Shown piece by piece: positions 32,323 through 43,050 of a stretch of 64,000 nucleotides of DNA; within the stretch, counting starts at the first letter, position 1, and the number at the start of each line of letters is the position of its first letter. The notes below the pieces were generated by a model. That model had not been told where the DNA came from. It saw only the letters and a program-made list of their open reading frames with translations, and did not search any database. The position numbers were made by a program, and so were the translations under genes. The stretch is from Candidatus Bathyarchaeota archaeon (GTDB taxonomy: Archaea; Thermoproteota; Bathyarchaeia; Bathyarchaeales; Bathycorpusculaceae): contig CAWHVC010000005.1 in the NCBI GenBank assembly GCA_963832745.1, positions 1 to 64,000 on the forward strand, in the 5' to 3' direction.

Positions 32323-33128
32323 ACACTGCCTCTAACAAAATTAAAAACAACTTCAACACCAGCGCCATTAGGCCAAAACGTTTGCTCGCTAATAATCACC
32401 GTTTTACCAGAAGATTTCGCTAATGCACAAGCAACCGCACTAATCACAGGGCAACCAAGCAAACTAACACTTTTCGGCATATCCTCAAGCCTATACAGGC
32501 TCGCATATAAGACGCCAACCATGCTAAGACGCACAGTTGATTCGTCTATAACCTGTAAATCCATTTCTTTGGCTAAACTAAAAAACTCTGTCATGCTTCG
32601 AGGTAAAATATTGCATAATTCTGCGGGAGGAATTGTTGAGAAGTCTATGTTTAGTTGGTTTTCAATTTGATGCAGTACACCGCTGCCGGGGGATGTTATG
32701 AAAACGCCTCTGTCACGTTCAGATATGAATTTGCCGGAAGCTAACTCTTCAAGTGCGGGGAGTCCATTGAAGTTTTCGTCTGCAATGAAAACTATTGAGT
32801 CTTTAAGGTTCTTGTAGTATTCGGGCAAGTAAGCGTTTTGTGGATATGAAGGAATGTAGTAACCATGCCCATTGAATTTTAAATCGTTAATCATTCGGTC
32901 TAAAGTGGAGTAAACCGTGTTTGCTGTACTATCAAGAAGGTTGCTGTCCACGTATTTGCCAGGTTGAGCTAAAGAAAAAATGGCGCCCCACAAGACAAAG
33001 CCCAATCCAATGAAAGCAACTACCTGCCAAGTGTACAACACTGAAAACGCAAGCATCAACACGCCAACTACAAAAAAGCCTACAGCGAGTCCAGTAGAGG
33101 AACGTTTATTTTTAGAAACTTTTTTCAA
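32319..33128 (-). CDS. Membrane protein, 2 N-terminal TMs, possible V4R-like C-terminus
   Basis: GCPVISAVACALAK motif; operon context. Confidence 0.65.
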   Translation of the reverse strand: MKKVSKNKRSSTGLAVGFFVVGVLMLAFSVLYTWQVVAFIGLGFVLWGAIFSLAQPGKYVDSNLLDSTANTVYSTLDRMINDLKFNGHGYYIPSYPQNAYLPEYYKNLKDSIVFIADENFNGLPALEELASGKFISERDRGVFITSPGSGVLHQIENQLNIDFSTIPPAELCNILPRSMTEFFSLAKEMDLQVIDESTVRLSMVGVLYASLYRLEDMPKSVSLLGCPVISAVACALAKSSGKTVIISEQTFWPNGAGVEVVFNFVRGSV

Positions 33129-33187
33129 GAAAAAAACAACTCCAGTTTTTATAATAATTGAAAAATGTTGAAGAAGCTTTGGCTTCT

Positions 33188-34873
33188 TTAGTTCGATGGT
33201 TCGAGTTTTCCGGCGTAAATTTCTTTATTTTGGGGGCGTTCTTTGCAGATTTTGCGCATTATCAAAAATGGAATTTCCAAGAATTTTGAAAGTATACCTA
33301 ACCCTGAAGTCATTAATTTTAAGTTGTCAATGTCAACACGGTTTATTGCACCAATAAGGGGGGCACTAACAAGGTAAACTGTAAGAAAAATTAAGGCACC
33401 AACAACTAATAATATCCAGTAAGGTGCAGTGAAAACAGCCAAAAAAGCGTATGTTACAATAGAAGCGGTCAATGAAGCTGTAAAGATTTTGCCTGAACTT
33501 TTAAAGTCTGCTTTGGCATGATAGTTTTTCCATAACCAGATTAAACCCCAAACCATTCCTGGAATAGTTGAAACCATTACTGCAATTATGCCGCCGATTA
33601 CTACAAGAAATTCTCCACCATAATTTCCAAGGTAGGTAATTATGAAGAAAGAGAAGGGCAAGCTTATTACAAGGGAAAGTATGCTTTGCTTCATTATCTG
33701 TTTCGTTTTACCTATTCCAGTCTGGAAAGTTGCTAAGCTGACGTTGCCGAAAAGCACAAACAAGTTAACAATAGAAGAAGCAGCAAGATACAGTGGTGCA
33801 TAAGGAAATTTTGGTTCAGCACCAATAACAAATAGTGATTGCAATATGCCATCTTGGGGGAAAAGAGTGTTAACGAGTGGCGTTGCGAGAGTTATGAGCA
33901 GCATTGTTGTGGGCACAAGAAAAATTGCCGTGTACTTAACAGATGAAGCAAAGACGGTTTTTACAAGCTCAGGTTCATTTTCAGGTTTTAATTTAGCGAA
34001 AGCAGGAAATAACGCGGTTGAAATTGGGAAGCTAATGAACGTAACAATGACAGAGAAGTATGTGGCTGCGTAATAGTTTCCCATTATACTGTTGCTTGCA
34101 TACAGCGCCATGAAAAAGGCGAAAATCTGAGGCAATACACCAACCACAATGTTTGACAGCGTTAAGGGTATACCGTATTTTAGCATAGGAGTTAAGGTGT
34201 GTTTGACATTGCATTTCTCAACTTTTGACTTGTGAAGAGGTCTAAACAATACAAAGTAAACAAGCAAAATACCGGCTAAACCGCCCACAGCAACAGAAAC
34301 AATCGTACCAACGACAGCACCAAAAACGCTGAATCCTAAGAAAACCAGCAGGGGACCAAGCGCGGTTTTAATTATAGCTTGAAGGACTTGTGCGAAGCTG
34401 TTAAGCTTCATTTTTTCGAAGCCTACAAAGATGGACGAGGAAGCGGAAACTATTGCGCTTGCAAAAATAGAAATTGACATTAAAGCGATTAAAGGCGAGG
34501 CTTCCGGACGATTAAGAATTATCGCCAAAGGTTGAGCTATCGCAAAACAAGCCAATGAAAGCAGCAAGCCGCTTATGATTTCAAAAATTAATCCTGAAAG
34601 AACAACATCATGTATTTCGTCGTTTTTGTTGCTTGCTCTTAAGCTGGCGATTTGCTGGGTCATCGCTGAGTTAACGCCTAAGTCCCTGAAGAAGGCGATT
34701 GTGGTTGATGGAATCAAAACTATACCGTACAAGCCAAGTTCTGAATCACTCAATAGTCCAGCCAGAATCAGGGTGCCTAAAGCCATTATTACGGTGGAGG
34801 CTACGAGCCCAATTAAGAGGAAAAAGCTTCCAGTTGTTGATGATTTACCCATCTGTAAAGCTTTATCTTCCAT
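33188..34873 (-). CDS. Oligosaccharide flippase (Wzx/MATE-like)
   Basis: ~14 TMs, DLGVNSA, ALFPAF. Confidence 0.88.
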   Translation of the reverse strand: MEDKALQMGKSSTTGSFFLLIGLVASTVIMALGTLILAGLLSDSELGLYGIVLIPSTTIAFFRDLGVNSAMTQQIASLRASNKNDEIHDVVLSGLIFEIISGLLLSLACFAIAQPLAIILNRPEASPLIALMSISIFASAIVSASSSIFVGFEKMKLNSFAQVLQAIIKTALGPLLVFLGFSVFGAVVGTIVSVAVGGLAGILLVYFVLFRPLHKSKVEKCNVKHTLTPMLKYGIPLTLSNIVVGVLPQIFAFFMALYASNSIMGNYYAATYFSVIVTFISFPISTALFPAFAKLKPENEPELVKTVFASSVKYTAIFLVPTTMLLITLATPLVNTLFPQDGILQSLFVIGAEPKFPYAPLYLAASSIVNLFVLFGNVSLATFQTGIGKTKQIMKQSILSLVISLPFSFFIITYLGNYGGEFLVVIGGIIAVMVSTIPGMVWGLIWLWKNYHAKADFKSSGKIFTASLTASIVTYAFLAVFTAPYWILLVVGALIFLTVYLVSAPLIGAINRVDIDNLKLMTSGLGILSKFLEIPFLIMRKICKERPQNKEIYAGKLEPSN

Positions 34874-34896
34874 TCCGACCCAGCGACCTTAACTGC

Positions 34897-35883
34897 CTAC
34901 TTTAGATTGATGGTGTTTTTATAGGCTTTGGAAATCGCTTCTAAATCACGCAAACCATCCAATCCAGTAGAAACGGGAACTTTGTCATCTACAATGCAGT
35001 CAACGAAATGTTGTAGCTCGGTAAGGTGGGGCACAAAAAAGTTGGATATGCCTTTTGTTAGCATTTGGTACGCTGTATCGATTTGGCTGGGCGGCATGTG
35101 GGTCGCTGAAACGTTTTTGACGCTGCCAAGCAAGTCAACTCGTAACAGGTACTCTTGAGAAAACCAGCCCACGTTAATCAGGGAAGTGGTGCCTGAACTA
35201 AATTTTGCAAGGCACATTGCAGAGTCTTCAAAACTCATGTTAAACCTGTATCCGAAATGCGATTTTATGTCCACGATTTCCCCGAAGAACCAACGCATCA
35301 AATTAATTACGTGACAACCCAAATCGATTAGGACGCCGCCGCCTGTGCTTTGAGTGTTAAACCACCATTCAGGAACAGGAACAGGCGAATACCCTTCAGC
35401 ACGGTGAAAAAAGGGGCCTGAACTGATGTAGGTGGCGTGTGCGTTTTCGACGTCGCCGATTAAACCGTTATCATAATCAGCCTTTAACGCCTCGAAGGTT
35501 TTGTTGAAACGTAAGGGGTAACCCATCATGAGTTTAACATTGTTTTTTTGGGCTAAACCAATTATTTCTTCAGCCTCGGCTATGTTAGTTGCGATAGGTT
35601 TTTCAAGAAAAACAGCTTTTCCTGCTTCAGCGGCTTCCTGCGTACATTTTAGGTGTAAATGTGTCGGCAAAGAAATCAGGACAGCCTCCACTTCAGGGTC
35701 TTTAAGCAAGTCAATATAGTTGTCATAGGTTTTTTTGACGCCGTAACTTTTGGCCTGCTCTAAAGCTTTAGGCGACACATCAGCCGCAGCTACAACTTCA
35801 GCGTTGGTCAACTTTAAACTGTGTCGTAAATGAACCATGCCAATGTAGCCTAATCCGATTATGCCAAGTTTAACATTCTTCAA
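34897..35883 (-). CDS. Gfo/Idh/MocA oxidoreductase
   Basis: GIIGLGYIG, EKP, GGGVLIDLGCH. Confidence 0.92.
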   Translation of the reverse strand: MKNVKLGIIGLGYIGMVHLRHSLKLTNAEVVAAADVSPKALEQAKSYGVKKTYDNYIDLLKDPEVEAVLISLPTHLHLKCTQEAAEAGKAVFLEKPIATNIAEAEEIIGLAQKNNVKLMMGYPLRFNKTFEALKADYDNGLIGDVENAHATYISSGPFFHRAEGYSPVPVPEWWFNTQSTGGGVLIDLGCHVINLMRWFFGEIVDIKSHFGYRFNMSFEDSAMCLAKFSSGTTSLINVGWFSQEYLLRVDLLGSVKNVSATHMPPSQIDTAYQMLTKGISNFFVPHLTELQHFVDCIVDDKVPVSTGLDGLRDLEAISKAYKNTINLK

Positions 35884-35902
35884 AAAGTCATGTCTCCTAT
35901 TC

Positions 35903-36862
35903 TTACTCTAAACCAAGCCGCCGTCCAAGCCCAACCTGTAACACCATCTTGTAAGCTCGCCCCATCACTTTACGCCGAACCGTCTTCTTTGGATACAAAG
36001 CCTTAAACTGCTCTAAAGGGGCACCACGTTCGATAAACCACTTGTTGCCAACGCCTTCCGTTTCAGCTAAACGCAAATAAGGAATGCCTTGAGGATTTAA
36101 CCAGGCGATTTGGGCAGCGGCAACATCAATAGCTACAGGGTCAGTACTTGCCATCATTAACCCTATACGACGCGGCTGAATCCCCGATGCAATGTTACTG
36201 TCTATGATGACGAGGTCAAACGGCATTGCTTTGTTTAAAGCCACAATCACGTTTCCAAGATCATTATGAAGCTTATACTTTTTAGGGTAAGGGTTACAGC
36301 CGTAAAGGTTTTTGAGAGCACAAGTTATTTTGATTGGGTCAACAGTATACTTGATTTTGGGCAAGTTAATTCTTAAGTCGGCTTCTTTGAGGATTTTTGG
36401 AACCATAAACTTGTAGGGTTTGCCATTGCATGACACTTCAGCCTCATCGCTTGGTTCTTCCGACAGGTTGATTAACTTGACATTTTTTTCTAAAGCAAGC
36501 TTTTCAAAACCCAGCATGCGAAAAGCATACTTGCAACGCATAGCTGACGCGTCCGACTCCACAACCGAAATGTCAACATCCGCAGAGACTTGTTCACGCA
36601 GAAAATCTATCAATTCGCCTACGAATCGGGGGTCGGATGTTTGTCCAGTGGTGCTGTCCCAGTAGTAGCACAGGTTGGGTTTTATAACGATTTTTTTGGT
36701 TGACTTGTCAAACTTATAGTCTATAAGGTTCAGGGCTTCACCTATTGCCTGTTTTAGAGAGCTTTGATTGGTGTTTTGGATTTTAGTTAAACCAACTATA
36801 CTCATAAAATCAGTTCCTTTAAAATCGACGTAAACTGAGTTACTTGTAGGTTCTAACCTCAA
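35903..36862 (-). CDS. DUF362-domain protein
   Basis: IKPNLCYYW, INLPKIK, ALKNLYG, DPVAID; true start may be the ATG at 36805. Confidence 0.85.
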   Translation of the reverse strand: MRLEPTSNSVYVDFKGTDFMSIVGLTKIQNTNQSSLKQAIGEALNLIDYKFDKSTKKIVIKPNLCYYWDSTTGQTSDPRFVGELIDFLREQVSADVDISVVESDASAMRCKYAFRMLGFEKLALEKNVKLINLSEEPSDEAEVSCNGKPYKFMVPKILKEADLRINLPKIKYTVDPIKITCALKNLYGCNPYPKKYKLHNDLGNVIVALNKAMPFDLVIIDSNIASGIQPRRIGLMMASTDPVAIDVAAAQIAWLNPQGIPYLRLAETEGVGNKWFIERGAPLEQFKALYPKKTVRRKVMGRAYKMVLQVGLGRRLGLE

Positions 36863-37823
36863 AAAGCGAGCTAACCTTCATGTATAAACGCAAAAGGTTC
36901 CCGCCGACAAACCCTTTCGCGTCACCCAAAACATACGCTAAATACAAAATGGCTTCTTTGTCGGCAAAATTTGATTTTAAAGCCTTCAAATAGTAATGTC
37001 TAGCCAAATCATCAATACCTAAAGAAGAGTAAGCATTTCCAATTTTCATGTACAAGTTGCCTTTCAGGTTTCTTGACAGGTTACTGCCGTATTTTTGCAG
37101 AAAATACTCTCTCAACGCTATACGATCTTTAAGCCAATTTGGCTCGTCTTTAACTATGCTGTTATCGCCATGTATGCGGTATTTTGCTAGAGGCTCAGAA
37201 ATGAAGTAGAAGTCGTGTTCAAACGCTAAATCAACCATGAAACGGTAATCACTTAAGTATTTGAGGTCTACTGCAAAATGATTTTTCAAGTGCTCCTTTC
37301 TAAACATGAGGCTTTGTCCAAAAATATAGTTGTCGTCAAGTATTTCGCGGAAGATATTGCCGGTCTTTCGTTTTTTGCTTGCAACATGCAATTCGGTGAA
37401 AGTTTTTCCTGTTGATTTTCCGTTGCTATCGATAATTTCTCCTTCCGACCAAACAAGCAAGTCAGGGTGGTTTTGAAGGATTTTTAGTTGCCTTTCAAGT
37501 TTATTGTTTACCCAAAGGTCATCTGAACCGATGAATGTGATGTATTGCCCGCTGGCATTGTTTAGACACTGGTTTGCTGTTGGCGCGATACCCATGTTTT
37601 TTTTGTGAAAAAAAGTTTTTACTCGAGAATCCTTTTGCTGGTAGCTTTTGATTATTTGCGGCGTGGCATCACTTGAGGCGTCGTCTACAATTATCAATTC
37701 AAGATCAGGCATAGTTTGACTAAGCACGCTTTCAATGGCTTCTGCAATGTAGCGTTCATGATTGTAGGCACCCATTACTACGCTGACTAGAACCATTAAA
37801 CGTACCTTCAAATCCACCTTCAC
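36840..37823 (-). CDS. Glycosyltransferase family 2
   Basis: VSVVMGAYN, IIVDDASSD, GSDD. Confidence 0.9.
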   Translation of the reverse strand: MKVDLKVRLMVLVSVVMGAYNHERYIAEAIESVLSQTMPDLELIIVDDASSDATPQIIKSYQQKDSRVKTFFHKKNMGIAPTANQCLNNASGQYITFIGSDDLWVNNKLERQLKILQNHPDLLVWSEGEIIDSNGKSTGKTFTELHVASKKRKTGNIFREILDDNYIFGQSLMFRKEHLKNHFAVDLKYLSDYRFMVDLAFEHDFYFISEPLAKYRIHGDNSIVKDEPNWLKDRIALREYFLQKYGSNLSRNLKGNLYMKIGNAYSSLGIDDLARHYYLKALKSNFADKEAILYLAYVLGDAKGFVGGNLLRLYMKVSSLFEVRTYK

Positions 37824-38788
37824 AAACAGATTTCATATTGGTCATACATTACCGAGTTTGCACCAAAAGTTTCCTTTCTCGCAATCAAACCCTCATTGAG
37901 CACTTGCCCAGAGTTTTCGGTTGAAATCCCAAAATCATAATACATTTTGTCCTTGTAGTAAGTGTTAATCAAGTAGGCCTCGATGATGTCTTGCGCGCCA
38001 AGATTCATGCCTTCCTTTGAGTTAGCAGCATACTGCACGTGGGCAACATTTTTGCTTTCATAAATAAGCAAACCCGAAAGCATCCTTTCCCCATTGAAGG
38101 ACCCAAAAAGTTTGATGTTACCGGGGAACCTGCTGGCTAAAAGCTTCATTTCCTCGGTTGTATGCACCGGTTTTACGTTATGGCGCTCACCTAAGGTTTC
38201 TTTAAGCAACTGCATGAAAGAACCCAAATCATTCGTCTGCTTAACCACAAGTCCACTCTTGAGTGCTTTGCTGATGTTGTATTTTCTGCCGTCGCTGAAC
38301 GCGTGACTGCAAGGTAAATAGATACATGATGAAGCGTTTCGGGCGACGAGTTTGGCGTTGTAACGGAAAAGGGCGTAAAGGTCCTCGCTTGCTGGAACAG
38401 AATGATAAATGTACGGGATAGCTTTGTAAAAAATTGATTTAATCCCCAAACTGCGGCAGTAACCGGTTAAGGCTTCAAAAATTTTCAGCATCGCCAGGGT
38501 TTTTGTGCTGTGACCGACGATTACGCCGCCGAAGGTTAAGCCGCCATGACTCTGCAAAGCGTTATCTTTAATGTTTGCTGGAAAAAGTCCTGCAAGTTGG
38601 TTTTTTCGGTAAAACATTAATGAGTGGTCTTTGAAGCGGTCGGAATGGTATTCCATGTAGTTGCGGTGAAAAAGGAAAACGCCGTTTCTGGATGCGTCAA
38701 CGTAATTATCCCATTCTTGCTGATGCCCGGTCGTGTAGGGAACAATCTTGACGGGTTCAGCAGTGTTTAACGCCATTTTCCCCACCAA
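37820..38788 (-). CDS. GNAT/FemAB-like acyltransferase
   Basis: YMEYHSDRF, SHGGLTFGG, YDFGISTE. Confidence 0.85.
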   Translation of the reverse strand: MVGKMALNTAEPVKIVPYTTGHQQEWDNYVDASRNGVFLFHRNYMEYHSDRFKDHSLMFYRKNQLAGLFPANIKDNALQSHGGLTFGGVIVGHSTKTLAMLKIFEALTGYCRSLGIKSIFYKAIPYIYHSVPASEDLYALFRYNAKLVARNASSCIYLPCSHAFSDGRKYNISKALKSGLVVKQTNDLGSFMQLLKETLGERHNVKPVHTTEEMKLLASRFPGNIKLFGSFNGERMLSGLLIYESKNVAHVQYAANSKEGMNLGAQDIIEAYLINTYYKDKMYYDFGISTENSGQVLNEGLIARKETFGANSVMYDQYEICL

Positions 38789-38794
38789 AACAGG

Positions 38795-39478
38795 CTATAC
38801 CATTCTGTTGATGAAAGATTCAACACCTCTATCCGACAATGGTTTAGCAGGGTTGCCGGCGTAAATTTTTCCTGACTCCGTGTCAGCGATAACTACTGCG
38901 CCAGCGCCAATTACAGTGTCTTTTGCGATGCTTACATGGTCAATTATACAGCTGTTTACTCCCAAAAAACAGTTCTCACCAACGTTGCAAAAACCTGAAA
39001 CGGCGACTTGAGAAGCAACAAAACAGTTTGCTCCAACAACCGAATGATGAGCAATGGAACTGCCAGTCCAAATGGTGACGTTATCGCAGATTTTTGTTGC
39101 TCTTTGGATAGCAACATTTTCAAATATGAAACAGTTTTCGCCGATTTGGACGCCTTTTCCGAGGAAGGCTTTCGGGCTAATGTAAGAGCAAGTCTTGAAC
39201 CTTTTCAATTTGGCAGTTTCAAGCAGTCGAGCTCTGACACGGTTTAGTCCCGTGAAGGATACCGCTACAAAAACCCGAAAGTCATCTGGGTCAAAAGCCT
39301 TCTCCAATTCCTCAAAAGGTACAACAGGTAAGCCAAAAAGCGTCTTGTTTTTCATGAATTGTTTTTCGGCACTAAAAGCTACTACTTCAAAACTGGTGTC
39401 TTGGGTGAAGTATTCGTAAGCTATTTCGCCTGTTTCGCCGTCGCCGATAATTACCAGTTTCTGTTTATTTGACGACAT
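38795..39478 (-). CDS. Hexapeptide-repeat sugar acetyltransferase (NeuD/PglD-like)
   Basis: LVIIGDG, left-handed beta-helix repeats, YAGNPAK; start reassigned to ATG 39478. Confidence 0.88.
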   Translation of the reverse strand: MSSNKQKLVIIGDGETGEIAYEYFTQDTSFEVVAFSAEKQFMKNKTLFGLPVVPFEELEKAFDPDDFRVFVAVSFTGLNRVRARLLETAKLKRFKTCSYISPKAFLGKGVQIGENCFIFENVAIQRATKICDNVTIWTGSSIAHHSVVGANCFVASQVAVSGFCNVGENCFLGVNSCIIDHVSIAKDTVIGAGAVVIADTESGKIYAGNPAKPLSDRGVESFINRMV

Positions 39479-39905
39479 TGCTAACGAGACCCTTCTTGAA
39501 AACCTCATAATCCCTAATGTAATCAGATTCGTCATAGACTGCAGAGACAAGCGATAAAGCAACAGAGTTGGAAGAAAAATTTTCCAGTTCCCGCCAAACC
39601 CCCGGTGGAATATATAAACCATAATGGGGCCTGTTCAAAAAGAAAGAACGTTTTGTTAAACCATCATCCAGCATGACGTCAAAGCTACCGCTTAACGCAA
39701 TGATAATCTGTTGCAGCGCTTTATGGGCATGTCCACCGCGTGTGGCGCCGCTTGGCACATCATAAAGGTAGTAGACGCGTTTTATTTGGAAAGGGATTTG
39801 GTTGTTTTCTTCGATAAAAGATAAGTTGCCGCGAAAATCGGCAATTTTTGGAAAATAAATTAGTTTACAATCATCTAAAACCAAAAATTCACCACCAAAA
39901 AGCAA
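39465..39905 (-). CDS. Sugar 3,4-ketoisomerase (FdtA/QdtA cupin)
   Basis: RGNLSFIE, KRVYYLY, RGGHAH, YDESDYIRDY. Confidence 0.92.
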   Translation of the reverse strand: MLFGGEFLVLDDCKLIYFPKIADFRGNLSFIEENNQIPFQIKRVYYLYDVPSGATRGGHAHKALQQIIIALSGSFDVMLDDGLTKRSFFLNRPHYGLYIPPGVWRELENFSSNSVALSLVSAVYDESDYIRDYEVFKKGLVSNVVK

Positions 39906-39917
39906 AAATTTTCTAAA

Positions 39918-40988
39918 TTAGGTTTCAAGGAGCGTTGATTCGTATTTTTGTGTTTCAAACGCGAATCTGCTAATACTTAACTTGGATGGAACCAAATACA
40001 GGGGCAAAGGAAGCTGTATCCTGACAAACCGTTCCTGCAGTTGCCTTGGCGCAATTTTCTTTTTTGCCCAATGACTCAATCGGTTAAGCCATAGGTACCG
40101 AAAATTTTTCAAACCCCAACCTAAAGCGGAAACATTAGCAAAAATAACTGGCAAGTTACGTTTTTTAAGGAAAAAAAGCGAGTTAACCATAATCGAAAAA
40201 AGGTTAACAAACAAACCTCTAGCAAGGTCACCTATGGGGTAGTAAACGTCGAACATTAGGCAGATTTTGGCTTTAAGCAGGTTGTAGGTTGTGCGTTTGA
40301 GGTTCCAAACGTTTGTTGCACCTTGAATGTGACGAATTTTGCTGCCAGAAACAGTGACAACTCGTTTGTTTGCAAGCCAAACTTTAAAAGACAATAAGGT
40401 ATCGTCGTAAAAAAAAGGGATTTCTGGGTCAAACAAGCCAATCTCGTCAATTAGGCTTCGACGTGTAATCATTGATGCCCCTGACGCGACGGAAACCTCA
40501 AAAACCGGATGCATCTTTAAACCGCTGGTCTTGTTTTCAGCCAACCCATGCTTCTGCACCAAATAGTTACTGTACAGCCAACCAGCGGTTTGGATTTTTT
40601 GGCCGTCAATCATTAAAATTGTGCTTTGCGCCAACCCTATTGAGTCGTCGGTTTGCATGGCGTTTACGAGTTGTGTTAGCCATTGGGAGTCAACGATGGT
40701 ATCATTGTTAAGGAAGACTATGTAGTCGCCTTTTGCGTGCGTGAAGCCAAGGTTATTTCCACCACTAAAGCCCAAGTTTATGTTGCTTTGAATTAAACGT
40801 AACCGTGGTTCACCGTCGAAGGTTTCCAGGGCATTCTTTACGCTCAAATCCGTCGACGCGTTATCAACAAGGAGAACTTCGAAGTTGGGGTAACTGTTCT
40901 TTAGAACCGACGCTATGCAGTTGTCAAGGTAGCTTTGACCGTTGTAGTTTAGAATTATGACGGAAACAAGTGGTGTGGGTTCGACCGT
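39918..40988 (-). CDS. Glycosyltransferase family 2 (extended N-terminus, apparent ACG start)
   Basis: Frame open upstream of the ORF-track start with VSVIILNYNG...VDNASTD; GGTGA SD 7 nt before ACG. Confidence 0.85.
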   Translation of the reverse strand, partial: TVEPTPLVSVIILNYNGQSYLDNCIASVLKNSYPNFEVLLVDNASTDLSVKNALETFDGEPRLRLIQSNINLGFSGGNNLGFTHAKGDYIVFLNNDTIVDSQWLTQLVNAMQTDDSIGLAQSTILMIDGQKIQTAGWLYSNYLVQKHGLAENKTSGLKMHPVFEVSVASGASMITRRSLIDEIGLFDPEIPFFYDDTLLSFKVWLANKRVVTVSGSKIRHIQGATNVWNLKRTTYNLLKAKICLMFDVYYPIGDLARGLFVNLFSIMVNSLFFLKKRNLPVIFANVSALGWGLKNFRYLWLNRLSHWAKKKIAPRQLQERFVRIQLPLPLYLVPSKLSISRFAFETQKYESTLLET

Positions 40989-40993
40989 TTTTG

Positions 40994-41063
40994 GTTCACC
41001 AACCTATTTGCTGCCTATTTGAATCCTATTAGAAATAGTATGCAGAAACCTATAGGGGTAGGT
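40994..41063 (-). repeat. Dispersed repeat copy C
   Basis: Reverse strand ACCTACCCCTATAGGTTTCTGCATACTATTTCTAATAGGATTCAAATAGGCAGCAAATAGGTTGGTGAAC. Confidence 0.8.
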
Positions 41064-41161
41064 AAAAACCAAGAAAGACAGAGCTAATAGCACAAAAACA
41101 AGCCAGTAACATATTAAAAATTAAAATGACAAAAACACGGTTTGTTCTCAAAAGCGCTGTT

Positions 41162-42214
41162 TTACTTGCTTACATTGCCTTTAGAGGCTTTTTGGAATCT
41201 TTTCAGGTCAACTATCGGCGAATAAGGCACGTTAACGGCTTTGCAGATTACCCATTTTGCCCCGATAATGTTTCCAAGAAATATTCCTTCAACCTTTCGC
41301 AGATAATATTTCGAGTTTTCTTTCATATGCTTAAGACTGTGAGCAACGCGGACCAAGTCGGAGACCAGTTTGCTTATCAACGAAAATTCGGGTTCAGACC
41401 CATACAAGCGGTAAAAGAGCATTTCAGCCTCCACAGCCCACAACAAATCAGTGCGTGGATTCAAGAAATCGCGGCTGGAAGTTCGCCCATGCACTATATG
41501 GTAGACTTTAACTTTGGGACTGTAAACCATGCCATAACCTTGTTTCCAGATTTGCCAGCCCAGAACCATTTCCCAAGCGCAACCTAAAATCCACTCCGAC
41601 GGTAAACCTAAGCCTCGAAGCACGTTACCGTTTATCGCCATTGAAGGACCTCGGAGCAGAGCTTTAGCTGAGCCATGTTTACGTGAGTAAGCATTATTTC
41701 CCCGTTCATAAACGACCCCGGAATTGGCGATTGAATTTTTGAAGTCTTCAAGCCCACGCAATGGTCGTCCCCACAATGCGAACTCGTAATGAGAAAGAAC
41801 ACATGGAATCTCAGCTTCCTTAAGAATGTGTAGTTTGCCGCCGTTTATTATTACAGGAAACTGGTCACCTGTTACTCCTACAACATTTGAGTCTTGTTGA
41901 AATGATTTTACCGTTTCCATAAGCCAATCTTCAGCTGGAATGGCATCATCATCAAGAAAAGCTACAATATCGCCGGTTGATTTTTTGGCGCCTAGAAAGT
42001 ATGCGTCAACTATGTGTCCAGTTTGCTGGGTTAAAACTGTTATTTTTAGGCTGCTTGAGGCTTGTTTTAAGAGTTCTTCGGTGCCGTCGCCTGAGGGTTT
42101 GACAACCATTATTACGTCAAAATCTTTGAATGACTGGCTTTTCAGCGCTGAAAGCATCATTGGTAAGACGTGAGCTCTTTTGTATGTGGGAATAACAACC
42201 GATACTTTGGTCAT
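41162..42214 (-). CDS. Glycosyltransferase family 2
   Basis: VSVVIPTYKR, AFLDDDA. Confidence 0.9.
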   Translation of the reverse strand: MTKVSVVIPTYKRAHVLPMMLSALKSQSFKDFDVIMVVKPSGDGTEELLKQASSSLKITVLTQQTGHIVDAYFLGAKKSTGDIVAFLDDDAIPAEDWLMETVKSFQQDSNVVGVTGDQFPVIINGGKLHILKEAEIPCVLSHYEFALWGRPLRGLEDFKNSIANSGVVYERGNNAYSRKHGSAKALLRGPSMAINGNVLRGLGLPSEWILGCAWEMVLGWQIWKQGYGMVYSPKVKVYHIVHGRTSSRDFLNPRTDLLWAVEAEMLFYRLYGSEPEFSLISKLVSDLVRVAHSLKHMKENSKYYLRKVEGIFLGNIIGAKWVICKAVNVPYSPIVDLKRFQKASKGNVSK

Positions 42215-42236
42215 GACAATTAATCCTTAAGCGCCG

Positions 42237-43034
42237 TTAAGGGTGACGCGCAATGAAAACGTGCAAGCCGCCCATTGTATTCAAAATGTACTGTTCAAAT
42301 TTTGCAACTGAATTAAGCAGGTGCTCTTCAAAAACAGTTTTTAGACGCCAAAACAAAAACGGTCCCAGCCACAGGTTGTTCTCGGTGATTGTTAGTAGTG
42401 AACCGATGTCATAGCTGTTTATGATTTGGAACCCGTTGTTTTTAAGTTCTTGAGCAACTTTTTTCTCGTCAAAATAAAACTGGCCATCAGGAGCATGAAT
42501 AAAGTATTTGGTTACAACGTTTTGGCGCCAAAAAGCCACAGCCAACAAACCGCCAGGATTAAGCACACGATAATATTCGTTAAAGATTAAGCTGACATCA
42601 CTAAAAGGCACATGGTCAATTGTGCTTAAGTCTAAAACTAAATCAAACCTGCCAGAAGCAAAAGGAAGACTGTGACAGGTCGCCTGCGCCATATTGGAAG
42701 TTTTTAGACGACGCTTTGCTAGGCGGCAAATTGTTTTTGAAAAATCGAAGCCAACAACATCTTCCGTTGTAAAGCTGCCAAGAATGTCTCGTGAGGTTTC
42801 AACGCCTTCATTCCACAAGTCAACCTTCAAAATTCTTGGATTTTGTGGTGGTTCGATTTGCCCAAGCGCACGGTTTACAAGAAGTTGATAAAAGGTTTTG
42901 ATGTACTGGTTTGTCCAGTCTTGAATGTTTCTACGTTCAACTGTGTAGGCTGTTATGCTGTTGTCCCAATAGTTCATGCTGCCTAGACAAGCTGCTAAGC
43001 TGTCGCTGAGGGCTGGTTTTAGTCGCTGAGGCAT
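42237..43034 (-). CDS. Class I SAM-dependent methyltransferase-like protein
   Basis: LPFASGRFDLV, RVLNPGG; motif I atypical (LKVDLWNEG). Confidence 0.75.
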   Translation of the reverse strand: MPQRLKPALSDSLAACLGSMNYWDNSITAYTVERRNIQDWTNQYIKTFYQLLVNRALGQIEPPQNPRILKVDLWNEGVETSRDILGSFTTEDVVGFDFSKTICRLAKRRLKTSNMAQATCHSLPFASGRFDLVLDLSTIDHVPFSDVSLIFNEYYRVLNPGGLLAVAFWRQNVVTKYFIHAPDGQFYFDEKKVAQELKNNGFQIINSYDIGSLLTITENNLWLGPFLFWRLKTVFEEHLLNSVAKFEQYILNTMGGLHVFIARHP

Positions 43035-43050
43035 AAAAGGGCTTACCTTT

